NCBI GenBank assembly: GCA_964291495.2
Contig: OZ219871.1
Span: forward strand, 1,440,001 to 1,504,000
Origin: Dehalococcoidia bacterium
GTDB taxonomy: Bacteria; Chloroflexota; Dehalococcoidia; UBA2979
DNA: 64,000 bases
Reading direction: 5' to 3'
The translations under genes were made by a program, and so were the position numbers. Positions 1-9,274 of this stretch are shown here, piece by piece. The notes under the pieces are model-generated. The model saw only the letters and a list, made by a program, of their open reading frames with translations. It searched no databases and was not told where the DNA came from. Every line of letters starts with the position of its first letter. Positions within the stretch are counted from its first letter, which is position 1.

Positions 1-2
1 AC

Positions 3-182
3 GTCGCCGTCGATGTCTCGCAGGCCGCGCAGCAGCTGCACGGCGGCTGGGGCTACTCGGAGGAAGACCCGATCGCCCGCTACGTCTCCGACGCGCTCGT
101 GCTCCCGATCTTCGAGGGCGTCAAGCCGATCCTCGAGCTGAAGGTCGTCGGCCGCCAGCTGCTCGCGGCCGCCGCGCGATAG
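3..182 (+). CDS. Acyl-CoA dehydrogenase family protein, C-terminal fragment (gene begins before the window)
   Basis: Manual translation gives ...AQQLHGGWGYSEEDPIARYVSDALVLPIFEG...*, matching the ACAD C-terminal Q-x-x-GG-x-GY and IxEG motifs. Confidence 0.85.
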   Translation, partial: VAVDVSQAAQQLHGGWGYSEEDPIARYVSDALVLPIFEGVKPILELKVVGRQLLAAAAR

Positions 183-193
183 CAGGGCCGCCG

Positions 194-643
194 ATGCGGA
201 TCGCGCTCGCCTCCGACCACGCGGGGTTCCTCTATAAGGAGGCGATCAGCGCCTTCCTCGCGGGCGAGGGGCACGAGGTGGTCGACTTCGGTACGGACTC
301 CGAGGAGGCGTGCGACTACCCGCTCTTCATCCGCCCGGCGGCGGAGGCCGTCGCCCGCGGCGAGTGCGAGCGCGGCATCGTCCTCGGCGGATCCGGGAAC
401 GGCGAGGCGATCACCGCGAACCGCGTGGCGGGTGTGCGCTGCGCGCTCTGCTGGAGCGTCGAGTCGGCGGAGCTGGCGCGCCGCCACAACGACGCCAACG
501 TGATCTCGATCGGCCAGCGCATGATCAGCGAGGAAACCGCCCTCGCGATCGTGCGCGCGTGGCTCGAGGCGCCCTTCGACGGCGGCCGCCACGCCCGCCG
601 CATCGGTCAGATCGACGCGCCGCCGGGCGGACACTCCTCGTGA
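194..643 (+). CDS. rpiB: Ribose-5-phosphate isomerase B
   Basis: ASDHAG, DYP, GGSGNGE, ARRHNDANV and FDGGRHARR motifs. Confidence 0.95.
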   Translation: MRIALASDHAGFLYKEAISAFLAGEGHEVVDFGTDSEEACDYPLFIRPAAEAVARGECERGIVLGGSGNGEAITANRVAGVRCALCWSVESAELARRHNDANVISIGQRMISEETALAIVRAWLEAPFDGGRHARRIGQIDAPPGGHSS

Positions 644-894
644 GCGCCGAGGCGCAGCCGTGCGCGCACGAGCACGGCGAGGAGTGCGACGCGCTCTACG
701 TCGAGTGGCGGCGCTACCACGCGGCGGTGATCGACCCGGCAGGCCGCTACTCCCGCCAACAGCAGCTGCTCGCCCGCCACGAGCGCGAGCGCTTCGAGCG
801 CCAGCTGCGTGCGATCGGCTGCTCCGGCGAGGCGCGGCGGGAGGTGGAGCGCGACGCTGAGATCGCCGAGCACGGCCACCCCACGCTGGCCTGA
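640..894 (+). CDS. Small hypothetical protein (84 aa, Cys/His-containing)
   Basis: GTG overlaps the rpiB stop (GTGA); MSAEAQPCAHEHGEECDALYVEW...; typical high-GC codon usage. Confidence 0.7.
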   Translation: MSAEAQPCAHEHGEECDALYVEWRRYHAAVIDPAGRYSRQQQLLARHERERFERQLRAIGCSGEARREVERDAEIAEHGHPTLA

Positions 895-907
895 GCGGGC
901 CGCCCTC

Positions 908-1861
908 GTGTCCGAGCCGCGCAGCCCGCAGATCCCCGGCCCCGGCGAATGGCCGACCTGGACGCTGATCGAGCGCGAGCGGCTGGAGGTGACGCGCGAG
1001 GAACGCCCCTTCCTCGAGGCCGCCGCGGGCCTCGTCACGGAGTTCGGCGAGCTGGCCGCCCTGCTCGTGCGCGCCTGGTCGCCGCCGCCCGCGGGCGCTC
1101 GGGCATCCGCGCGCGACGAGGCGATCCTCTGCGCGCTCGCGGTGCGCATCGTGAAGCTGACGCGCCGCCTCGCGGCCGAGACCTACGAGGGCCGGGCGGA
1201 GCTACAGCTGCTGCTCGACCGTGAGATCTTCGTCTCCACCTCGGCGATGGCCTACCTGCTGCGCGGCAGCGGCGAGCGCTTCGAGGCGTTCGTGCGCGAC
1301 AGCCTGCGCGCCGACCGCGCCGTCTGGGCGCACCTCGACGGCAACCGCGAGCTCCGCGAGGGCGAGGTACTGCCGATGGAGCAGCGCATGCGCGACCGCC
1401 TCGCGCGATCGTTCGAGCTCGCGGGCGTCGGCCCGGAGGAGAGTGCTGAGGCCGAGTCCGGCTGGCCCTCGCTCGACGAGCAGCTGGCGGCGATCGGCGA
1501 GCCGGCCGCGCACCGCATGCACCAGCTTGGCGCGGACAGCATCCACGGCCTCTGGAACGAGCTGCACACGCACCACCTGCGCGCCGGAGGGCCGGACGCG
1601 GGAGGCCTCGAGCCGCGGCTGGAGTGGACGGCGGCGCAGGTGCAGCCGCTCACGGCCGTCGCGATCCAGGCAAGCCGAGTGATGGCGGCCTGGTCGCGCC
1701 GCATCGGCCACGAGGCAGCCGAGGCGTTCCGGGACAAGTTCCTCGATCTCGCGGGGCGCGCCGCGCTCGTCGATCGCTTCCACGAGGAGTACCTCGCGCG
1801 ATCGGCGCGCCCGGGGATGGACGACCTCGCAGCGGGCGGCTCGGAGGGCGCGAGCGGCTGA
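908..1861 (+). CDS. Hypothetical protein, DUF5677/HEPN-like helical family
   Basis: Long ORF in operon; L-x-R-x-I-F and S-I-H-G-x-W pattern resembles DUF5677; start chosen at GTG 908. Confidence 0.55.
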   Translation: MSEPRSPQIPGPGEWPTWTLIERERLEVTREERPFLEAAAGLVTEFGELAALLVRAWSPPPAGARASARDEAILCALAVRIVKLTRRLAAETYEGRAELQLLLDREIFVSTSAMAYLLRGSGERFEAFVRDSLRADRAVWAHLDGNRELREGEVLPMEQRMRDRLARSFELAGVGPEESAEAESGWPSLDEQLAAIGEPAAHRMHQLGADSIHGLWNELHTHHLRAGGPDAGGLEPRLEWTAAQVQPLTAVAIQASRVMAAWSRRIGHEAAEAFRDKFLDLAGRAALVDRFHEEYLARSARPGMDDLAAGGSEGASG

Positions 1862-1868
1862 GCCGCGG

Positions 1869-2375
1869 CTACGCCGGGGGCGTCACCGCGGGCGGCGGCC
1901 GGGTGGCCACGTAGTCCTCGACGTAGAGCAGGTTGTCGCCGGCGCGGCGCACGACCTTGAGGAGGTCGTCCATCGTCGAGACCTCCTCGAGCTGTTCGTC
2001 GACGAACCACTGGAGGAAGCCGCGCGCGAGGTGGTCGCGCTCCTCGATGGCGAGGTCCATGAGGTCGTCGAACGCCTTCGCGACGCGCAGCTCGGCGTCG
2101 AGGGCGAGCTGGACGGCCTCCTCGACGGAGCCGAAGTCGGCTTCGCCCTGCGGCACCGCGGGCACCTCGGCGACGCCGCCTGCCTCGGTGACGTAGTCGA
2201 CGATCTTCTGGGCGTGCATCAGTTCCTCGGCGACCTGGGTGCGGAAGAGGCCGGCGAGCTGGGGCAGCGCCTCGCGGCTGAAGTAGGAGGAGATCATCGT
2301 GTACTGGATGGCGGCCCAGTACTCGTTGGCCAGGTGATCGCTAAGCGCCTTCGCCATCCGTTCGGAGATCAGCAC
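1869..2375 (-). CDS. Ferritin
   Basis: NE..A...Y, EELMHA and FLQWFVDEQLEE ferroxidase motifs. Confidence 0.92.
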   Translation of the reverse strand: MLISERMAKALSDHLANEYWAAIQYTMISSYFSREALPQLAGLFRTQVAEELMHAQKIVDYVTEAGGVAEVPAVPQGEADFGSVEEAVQLALDAELRVAKAFDDLMDLAIEERDHLARGFLQWFVDEQLEEVSTMDDLLKVVRRAGDNLLYVEDYVATRPPPAVTPPA

Positions 2376-2456
2376 GGGCGTGGTCCTCTCTGAGTCTGTG
2401 TATCCATTTTACCGCTGCGGGGTGCGGAGGAGGACGTAAGCGTCCTTGACAGGCGC

Positions 2457-2753
2457 TCAGCCCACCGGGAACAGCTCGCGCGCACGGTCCGCGAACTGAG
2501 GTCCCGTCATGGGGCAGCGCACGAGATCGTCGAACTCGTCGGGCGAAAGCCGCGTTGCCTTGAGGAGTGAGCGTTGCACCGGCTTGCTCCAGTTGCGATG
2601 CGCTTTCGGGAGGGTCACATAGAACAGCGCCTCACCGCCCGGCAGGCGATACCAGCCAGTGCGATGCTTGCCTTCGCGGAAGTCGATGTCGAGTTTGCGC
2701 TCGAAGGCGCGATTGAGGTCGCGGGGACTGTAGTCAGGCAGCCGGCGCGACAT
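2457..2753 (-). CDS. HicA-like toxin (putative)
   Basis: 98 aa basic protein; EGKH..GWY...VTLPKAH and L..DEF pattern of HicA-like dsRBD-fold mRNases; overlaps the upstream acidic partner. Confidence 0.55.
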   Translation of the reverse strand: MSRRLPDYSPRDLNRAFERKLDIDFREGKHRTGWYRLPGGEALFYVTLPKAHRNWSKPVQRSLLKATRLSPDEFDDLVRCPMTGPQFADRARELFPVG

Positions 2754-3123
2754 AGGCCTCGATCACCGAGAGCATCCGCCGCGCGTTCCCGGAAAGGTGG
2801 GCGTCGTCGGAGCGCAACTCCGTCCACACCTCCACGATGACTTCTGCCAGGCTCTCGACGGCCTCGCCTTCACTGCGGCCGAGTCCCGTGATTGCGGGCT
2901 CAATCCAGCGAGCGACCACGTCGTCTGCGCTCTCCTCGACGACGATCGGGATCGGGCGGCGCAGTTCCAGCCCCGGGAGCACTGACAACTCCGCCGGATA
3001 GATGGCCTGATCGGCGAGATCACCGACCTGGCGTCCGAGATCCTCGACCGCGCGTGCAAGTTCGGCCAGCCGTTCCTCGACTGGCGTCGTCGGCGTGTTC
3101 GCGACCCGCGTCTCAGTCGTCAC
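2734..3123 (-). CDS. HicB-like antitoxin (putative)
   Basis: Acidic 129 aa; V-V-E-E...VVA.W....ITGLGRSEGEAVESLAEVI matches the HicB G-x-T/S-x-x-E-A motif. Confidence 0.6.
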   Translation of the reverse strand: MTTETRVANTPTTPVEERLAELARAVEDLGRQVGDLADQAIYPAELSVLPGLELRRPIPIVVEESADDVVARWIEPAITGLGRSEGEAVESLAEVIVEVWTELRSDDAHLSGNARRMLSVIEAYVAPAA

Positions 3124-3246
3124 GTTGCGCCTCCAGGGCTGCGTGTCGTGCGCGCACCATGAGGATCATACGCGTTCGGTGGGCGTACCGCGCGGCGTCG
3201 GCAGGGGCAATCGGCCAGTGTCGCGTGATGACCTGGCCCCGTGCGC

Positions 3247-3462
3247 CTACTCCTCGTAGAGCTTGACCACCCGCACGGCGTCGCCGGCGGCCTCGATGCA
3301 GAGGTCGCAGAGCGTGCACTCGTCGAGGTTGGACTCGACGGTCTCGAGGCGCTCGCCGTCGAGGGCGAAGATGTCGACGGGGCAGATCTCGGCGAGGCGG
3401 GTGCGGAGGCCGGCGTCCTGCTGGACGGAGTCGTCGATGTCGACGCGGATGAACATCGCCAT
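3247..3462 (-). CDS. Small 4Fe-4S ferredoxin
   Basis: EICPVDIF and ECTLCDLC motifs; last gene of the sucC-sucD-like operon. Confidence 0.85.
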   Translation of the reverse strand: MAMFIRVDIDDSVQQDAGLRTRLAEICPVDIFALDGERLETVESNLDECTLCDLCIEAAGDAVRVVKLYEE

Positions 3463-3464
3463 GG

Positions 3465-4370
3465 CTATGCCACCCCTTCGATGCGCTCGCGCAGCAGCGC
3501 CGGGATCTCCTCGATGCGCTCGGCGACGGCAATTCCGGCCGCCTCGAGGCGCGCGATCTTATCGGCGGTCGTGTCGGCGCGGCCCTCGACAATCGTGCCG
3601 GCGTGGCCGAAGCGCATGCCCGGCATCTCGTCCATGAAGCGTCCCGCCATGAACGCCACCACCGGCAGGCGCGATCCGTGCTCGGCCATGTGCGCCGCCA
3701 GCTGCGCCTCCATCGGCCCGCCCGGCTCCGAGTAGATCGCGATGCCCTGCGTCTGCTCGTCGGCCTCGAAGAGCGGCATCAGCTCGGCGTAGGTGGAGCC
3801 GATCATCGCGTCCCCGCCGATCGAGACGGCGGTCGAGACGCCGAGGCCAGCCTCGGACAGCGCGTTCGCGATCTCCGTCGTCATGCCGCCCGATCGCGAC
3901 ATCACGCCGACGACGCCGGGGACGAAGGCGCGTCGCGTCGCGTCGGCCGCCCCGCCGATGCCGCCCATCTTCGACTTGCCCGGCGAGATCACGCCCAGGC
4001 AGTTGGGGCCGATGATGCGCGCCCCCTCCTGCGAGGCGTACTCGATGGCGCGCGCGACCTGCGCGCGCGGGATGCGCTCGGTCACGACCACGATCAGCTT
4101 CACGCCCGCCTCGATCGCCTCGAGCACGGCGTCGGCAGCGAAGGCCGGTGGGACGGCGACGATCGAGCCGTCGACGTGCAGCTGCTCGGTGAGCGCACGC
4201 ACGGTGTCCTCGACGGGCACGCCGTGTACATCGCGGCCCTTGCGGCCCGGCGTCACGCCGCCCACGACGCGCGCGCCGTAGTCGAGCAGCTCGCGCGTCA
4301 TCGTCACGGCCTCGCGGCCGGTGATGCCCTGGATGATGAAGGTGCTCTCGGCGTCGATCAGGATCGACAC
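3465..4370 (-). CDS. sucD: Succinyl-CoA synthetase alpha-subunit family (ADP-forming acyl-CoA ligase)
   Basis: IQGITG, GGVTPGRKG, IIGPNCLG, SRSGGMT, IGGD and FGHAG phospho-His motif. Confidence 0.85.
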   Translation of the reverse strand: MSILIDAESTFIIQGITGREAVTMTRELLDYGARVVGGVTPGRKGRDVHGVPVEDTVRALTEQLHVDGSIVAVPPAFAADAVLEAIEAGVKLIVVVTERIPRAQVARAIEYASQEGARIIGPNCLGVISPGKSKMGGIGGAADATRRAFVPGVVGVMSRSGGMTTEIANALSEAGLGVSTAVSIGGDAMIGSTYAELMPLFEADEQTQGIAIYSEPGGPMEAQLAAHMAEHGSRLPVVAFMAGRFMDEMPGMRFGHAGTIVEGRADTTADKIARLEAAGIAVAERIEEIPALLRERIEGVA

Positions 4371-4372
4371 GG

Positions 4373-5590
4373 CTAGCCGCCCCCGTTCCCGCCCGCGGCC
4401 TTCTCGACCGCGCGCTGCGCCGCCTCGTGCATCGAGACGGAGCGATCCACGTACTCGACGCCGTAGCGCTCGAGGATCTTGACGCCCTCGTCCTCCCAGG
4501 AGCCGGGGATGCGGAAGATCGCGATCGCCTCGGCGGGGTCGTGCCCGGCCTCGATCACGCCCTTGATCACGCCGCGCGCCATGATGTCGACGCGGGTGTT
4601 GGAGACGACGTTCATCATCACGGCGATCTTCTCGACGCCGGGCTTGGACATCACGAGCTTCGTCAGCGCCGCGGCCTTCGCGACCGAGGGATTGCCGCCG
4701 ATCTCGCAGTAGTTCGCCGGATCGCCGCCCGCACCGCGCACGGCGTCGAAGAGTGTCAGCGAGCCGCCGCCGGCGCCGATGATCAGCCCGAGGTTGCCGC
4801 CGAACTCGACGACGCGGCCGGCGACGCCGCGCGTGTCGGCGGCGTCCACCTGCGCGCCGGCGATCTCGAACTCCGTGGGCGGGCGCGCCTGGCGCGTGTC
4901 CTCCTCGGGGATGCCGAGCTCGGCGAGGAGCCGCGCGTGCGGCCCCCGAGCCTCCTCCTCCATGTCGATGTGCGAGTCGAGGGCGACGAAGGCGCCGCCC
5001 GCGAGGCGGCCGATCGGGTTAATCTCGGCGAGCGTCAGGTCGTAGGCGAGGAAGACCTGCACGAGCGCGCCGACGATGCGGCTCAGCCGGTTGAGTTCGT
5101 TGCCCGTGACTCCGGTACGCGAGACCGCCAGCTTCGCCTCGAAGTCCGAGAACGGGCGCAGGTTGGAGAGGTGCGTGCGCGAGAGGTGCTCCGGGTGCTG
5201 CTCGGCGACCTCCTCGATGTCGATCCCGCCCATGTCGCTGAAGATCACGACGGGACGGCGCACGGCGGCGTCCCAGGTCACGGCGGCGTAGTACTCCTGC
5301 TCGACCTCGCCGCGCTCCTCGACGAGCACGCCCATCGGTTGCAGCCCGTTGATCTCGATGCCGAGGATCGCCTCGGCGGCCTCGGCGGCCTCCTCGGGCG
5401 TGTCGGCGAAGCGCACCCCGCCGGCCTTCATGCGCCCGCCGCTGAGCACCTGCGACTTGAGCACGACGGGCCCGCCGAGGTCGGTCGTGGCTGTGGCGGC
5501 TTCCCCCGGCGTGAGGGCGACGCGGCGCTGCGGCAGCGGCACGCCGTGCCGCGCCAGCAGATCCTTCGCCTCGTGCTCGTAGAAGCGCAT
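4373..5590 (-). CDS. sucC: Succinyl-CoA synthetase beta-subunit family, divergent
   Basis: YEHEAK, KSQVLSGGRMKAGGV, GGIDIEEVA and EINP ATP-grasp motifs; C-terminal motifs are non-canonical. Confidence 0.8.
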   Translation of the reverse strand: MRFYEHEAKDLLARHGVPLPQRRVALTPGEAATATTDLGGPVVLKSQVLSGGRMKAGGVRFADTPEEAAEAAEAILGIEINGLQPMGVLVEERGEVEQEYYAAVTWDAAVRRPVVIFSDMGGIDIEEVAEQHPEHLSRTHLSNLRPFSDFEAKLAVSRTGVTGNELNRLSRIVGALVQVFLAYDLTLAEINPIGRLAGGAFVALDSHIDMEEEARGPHARLLAELGIPEEDTRQARPPTEFEIAGAQVDAADTRGVAGRVVEFGGNLGLIIGAGGGSLTLFDAVRGAGGDPANYCEIGGNPSVAKAAALTKLVMSKPGVEKIAVMMNVVSNTRVDIMARGVIKGVIEAGHDPAEAIAIFRIPGSWEDEGVKILERYGVEYVDRSVSMHEAAQRAVEKAAGGNGGG

Positions 5591-5676
5591 CGCTCGCCCT
5601 CGCCTCCGCGCGCACTATGCCACGGCGCGGGCTACGGGGGCAGGGGGCGATGCGCGCGCGTATCATCCCTCGGGAG

Positions 5677-8088
5677 ATGTCCTCCGAGGGCCCCGATCGA
5701 TCTCTGCCAAACGGCGACGGCGCACCGACCGGTGCACTGACCGGCGTCGTGGTCGTCGACGCGAGCGAGGGCGTGGCGGGCGGCTACGCCGGCCGGCTGC
5801 TCGCGGACCTCGGCGCGGAGGTCGTGAAGGTCGAGCCGCCCTCGGGTGATCGCCTGCGGGCGCTCGGACCGTTCCCCGCCGACAAGCCTGACCCCGAGGC
5901 CGGCGGCCTGCACCTTGCGCTGAACGCCGGCAAGCGCTCGCTGGTGCTGGACCTCGAGTCCCGCGAGGGGCGTGAGCGGCTCCGCGCGCTGGCGGCGCGG
6001 GCCGACATCCTGCTCGAGAGCGCCGGTCCCGGGGTGATGGAGGGCCGGGGGCTCGCCCCGGACCGGCTGCTCGAGGCCAACCCGCAGCTCGTCTACGCCT
6101 CGCACTCTCCGTTCGGGCTGAGTGGCCCCTACGCGGGGCGGGTGACGAGCGAGATCGTGGACTGGGCGATGGGCGGCTACATGTACTTCGGCGGCGACCC
6201 CGGGCAGCGGCCAATCATGGTGCACGGCCACCAGGCGGAGCTGCATGCGGGCATGCAGCTCGCCGCGGGAGCCCTCGCGGCGCTGTGGCACGCGCGGCGC
6301 ACGGGCACCGGGCAGCACCTCGAGGTCTCGACGTTCGAGGCGATGCTGAACGCCCACGTCTGGCTGACGACGATGTGGACGCACGAGGGCCTGATCCAGA
6401 CGCGCGAGCCCTCGCTGCTCACCCCCTGTGCGGACGGGCACGTGATCTGGATGGGGATGCGCAACCTCGATGTCTTCGTCCTGATCGAGCGCCCGGACCT
6501 GATCGACGACCCGCGCTGGACGCCCGAGAACTGGCGAGCATCGGTGCCGGAGTTGCGCGCCCTCTTCGCGGAGTGGGCGGCTGACCGCTCCCGCGCCGAG
6601 ATCTGCGAGAAGGGACAGGCGCTGCGGCTGGCCGTCACGCCCGCCAACACCATCGAGGAACTCGCCCGCGCGGTGCAGCTCCGGGAGCGGGGCTGGTGGC
6701 GAGAGACGGCGCACCCGCAGCTCGGCGCACTGCTACTGCCCGGTCCGCCCTGGCTGATGTCCGGTACGCCCGCCGGCCCGCGCTCCGCCGCGCCGCGGCT
6801 CGACGCCGACGCCGGGTACGAGCCCCCGCCACGCGAGCGCGTGGAGCGCGGGCGAGGCGACCCCGACGCGCTGCCCCTCGAGGGCGTCAGGGTCATCGAG
6901 GTCACGGGCAACTGGTCGGGGCCGCTGGCCGCGCGGCACCTGGGCGACCTCGGGGCGGAGGTGGTCAAGATCGAGCTGGCGCGCCGGCCGGCCACTCGCG
7001 TCAGCCATCCGCCGGGAAACGAGGGCTGGGAGACGTTCTACAACCGCTCCGGCTACTTCAACCTGCTCAACCGCAACAAGCGCGACCTCTGCCTCGACAT
7101 GGGGACCGAGGGCGGCCGCGAGCTGTTCCTGCGACTCGTCGACGACGCCGATGTCGTGCTGGAGAACAACAGCGCGCGCGTCTTCCCCCAGCTCGGCCTC
7201 GGCTACGAGACGCTCGCCGAGCGCAATCCGCGGATCGTGATGTGCTCGATCTCCGGCTACGGCGCGACCGGTCCGGAGCGTGACTACCTCGCCTACGGCT
7301 CGAACATCGAGGCGTCGTGCGGGCTGGCCGCACAGACCGGGTACGGCGACGGAGAGCCGCGCGGCACCGGCTCCTACTACGCAGACCCGATCACCGGGGC
7401 GCACGCCACCGTCGGCATCCTCGCCGCGCTGCACGCGCGCGAGCGCACGGGCCGGGGGCAGCACCTCGACATGGCGCTCCAGGAGTCCGGGGCGGCGTTC
7501 ATGGTCGAGTCGATCATGGACTACCGGCTGAACGGCCGGATCGCGAGCCCTCGGGCGAACCGCTCGCCGCGCATCGCGCCGCAGGGCGCCTACCGCTCGC
7601 TCGGGAGCGACTGCTGGCTCGCGATCGGCGTCGAGAGCGACGAGCAGTGGCGCGCGCTCTGCACGGTGATCGAGCGCCACGAGCTCGCCGATCGCTTCCC
7701 CACGGTCGAAGACCGCCTCGAAGCCCACGACGAGATCGATGCGGCGATCGAGGCCTGGTCCGAGACGCGCAACCACAACCACGCCACCGTGCTGTTGCAG
7801 GAGGCAGGCGTCCCGGCGGGGCCGGTGCTCGCGAACTGGGAGATCATGAGCGACCCGCACCTCTTCGATCGCGGCTACTTCGTCGACGTCGTGCACCCCG
7901 ACGTCGGGCACCAGCGCTGGGAGGGCTTCCCGTGGCGGCTCTCGCGCACTCCGGGGCGCGTCCGCCGCCCCGCGCCGCTGTTCGCCGAGCACAACGACGA
8001 GATCCTCGGCGAGCTGGGGCTGAGCCCCGAGGAGATCGGCCGCCTGCGCGACGACGAGGTGATCGACTACGAGCCGCAGTACGGCTGA
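5677..8088 (+). CDS. Double-domain CaiB/BaiF (family III) CoA-transferase
   Basis: Two LxDLGAEVVK repeats, NAGKRS and NRNKR motifs; about 800 aa. Confidence 0.92.
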   Translation: MSSEGPDRSLPNGDGAPTGALTGVVVVDASEGVAGGYAGRLLADLGAEVVKVEPPSGDRLRALGPFPADKPDPEAGGLHLALNAGKRSLVLDLESREGRERLRALAARADILLESAGPGVMEGRGLAPDRLLEANPQLVYASHSPFGLSGPYAGRVTSEIVDWAMGGYMYFGGDPGQRPIMVHGHQAELHAGMQLAAGALAALWHARRTGTGQHLEVSTFEAMLNAHVWLTTMWTHEGLIQTREPSLLTPCADGHVIWMGMRNLDVFVLIERPDLIDDPRWTPENWRASVPELRALFAEWAADRSRAEICEKGQALRLAVTPANTIEELARAVQLRERGWWRETAHPQLGALLLPGPPWLMSGTPAGPRSAAPRLDADAGYEPPPRERVERGRGDPDALPLEGVRVIEVTGNWSGPLAARHLGDLGAEVVKIELARRPATRVSHPPGNEGWETFYNRSGYFNLLNRNKRDLCLDMGTEGGRELFLRLVDDADVVLENNSARVFPQLGLGYETLAERNPRIVMCSISGYGATGPERDYLAYGSNIEASCGLAAQTGYGDGEPRGTGSYYADPITGAHATVGILAALHARERTGRGQHLDMALQESGAAFMVESIMDYRLNGRIASPRANRSPRIAPQGAYRSLGSDCWLAIGVESDEQWRALCTVIERHELADRFPTVEDRLEAHDEIDAAIEAWSETRNHNHATVLLQEAGVPAGPVLANWEIMSDPHLFDRGYFVDVVHPDVGHQRWEGFPWRLSRTPGRVRRPAPLFAEHNDEILGELGLSPEEIGRLRDDEVIDYEPQYG

Positions 8089-8097
8089 GGCGGGCCG

Positions 8098-9159
8098 CTA
8101 CTCCAGCCCGTAGGCCTCCGCCAGCTCCGGATCCTTCGAGGCCAGCAACGCCGCCAGGTCGAGCATGACCAGTGCCTGCTTGTAGGTCGCGTCGTCCTGC
8201 ATCTTGCCGTCCAGCATCACCACGCCGGAGCCGTCGCCCATGTGCTCGACGATGCGGCGCGCGAAGGCGACCTCGTCCGGCGGGGGACTGAAGACGCGCT
8301 TCGCGATCTCGATCTGGCTCGGGTGCAGCGTCCAGGCGCCCACGCAGCCCATCAGGAAGGCCCCGCGGAACTGGTCCTCGCAGGCGAGCGGGTCCGCGAT
8401 GTCGCCGAACGGTCCGTAGTAGGGCAGCGCGCCCGCCTCGACGCAGGCGTCGACCATGCGCGCGAGCGTGTAGTGCCAGAGGTCCTGCTGCGCGGTGGGG
8501 CGGGGCGCTTCGTCGTCATCGGGGACGGGGTCGCTGCGCACGAGGTAGCCGGGGTGGCCGCCTCCGACGCGCGTGGTCTTCATCCGCCGCGAGGCTGCGA
8601 GGTCGGCGGGCCCGAGGCTCATCCCCTGCACTCGCGGGCTCGCCTGCGCGATCTCCTTGACGTGGTTCACCCCTCCCGCGGTCTCGAGGACGGCGTGGAT
8701 AAGGTAGGGCCGGCTCAGCCCGTGCCGCGCCTCCAGCTGCGCGAGCAGCTGGTCGGCCCAGTGGATGTCCCACGGCCCGGTCACCTTGGGCAGCATGATC
8801 ACCTCGAGGCGCTCGCCCAGCGCCGCGGTCAGCTCGATCAGGTCGTCCAGCACCCAGGGGCTGTCGAGGCTGTTGACGCGCGTCCACAGCGCCGTCTCGC
8901 CGAGGTCGCCGCTCTGGCCGACCTCGATCAGCCCGGCGCGCGCCTCCAGCTTCTTGTCGGACGGGATCGCGTCCTCGAGGTTGCCGACCAGCACGTCGAC
9001 CTGCGCGGCCATCGAGGCGACGCGCGCGCGCATACGCTCGTTGGAGGGGTCGAAGAAGTGCAGCATCCGCGTCGGCGTGACGGGGATCTCCTCGGGCGGC
9101 GCAGGTGCGCCGAGGGCCAGCGGCTTGCGCCATTCGCGGGGCGTGCGTGTCGCGCTCAT
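8098..9159 (-). CDS. mcl: Malyl-CoA/beta-methylmalyl-CoA/citramalyl-CoA lyase, Chloroflexus-type (HpcH/CitE family)
   Basis: [53 protein letters not shown] and DGKMQDDAT closely recall Chloroflexus aurantiacus Mcl. Confidence 0.85.
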   Translation of the reverse strand: MSATRTPREWRKPLALGAPAPPEEIPVTPTRMLHFFDPSNERMRARVASMAAQVDVLVGNLEDAIPSDKKLEARAGLIEVGQSGDLGETALWTRVNSLDSPWVLDDLIELTAALGERLEVIMLPKVTGPWDIHWADQLLAQLEARHGLSRPYLIHAVLETAGGVNHVKEIAQASPRVQGMSLGPADLAASRRMKTTRVGGGHPGYLVRSDPVPDDDEAPRPTAQQDLWHYTLARMVDACVEAGALPYYGPFGDIADPLACEDQFRGAFLMGCVGAWTLHPSQIEIAKRVFSPPPDEVAFARRIVEHMGDGSGVVMLDGKMQDDATYKQALVMLDLAALLASKDPELAEAYGLE

Positions 9160-9274
9160 CGGCAGCTCCCGGTGCTCACGGCTGTCGTTCCGTCCAGGCG
9201 CCGGACCGGCCGGCGCGTGCGCAGCCTAGCCGGGGCGGCGACGCCACGCCAGCGCCCGCCTCGTGGCGGCGAGC

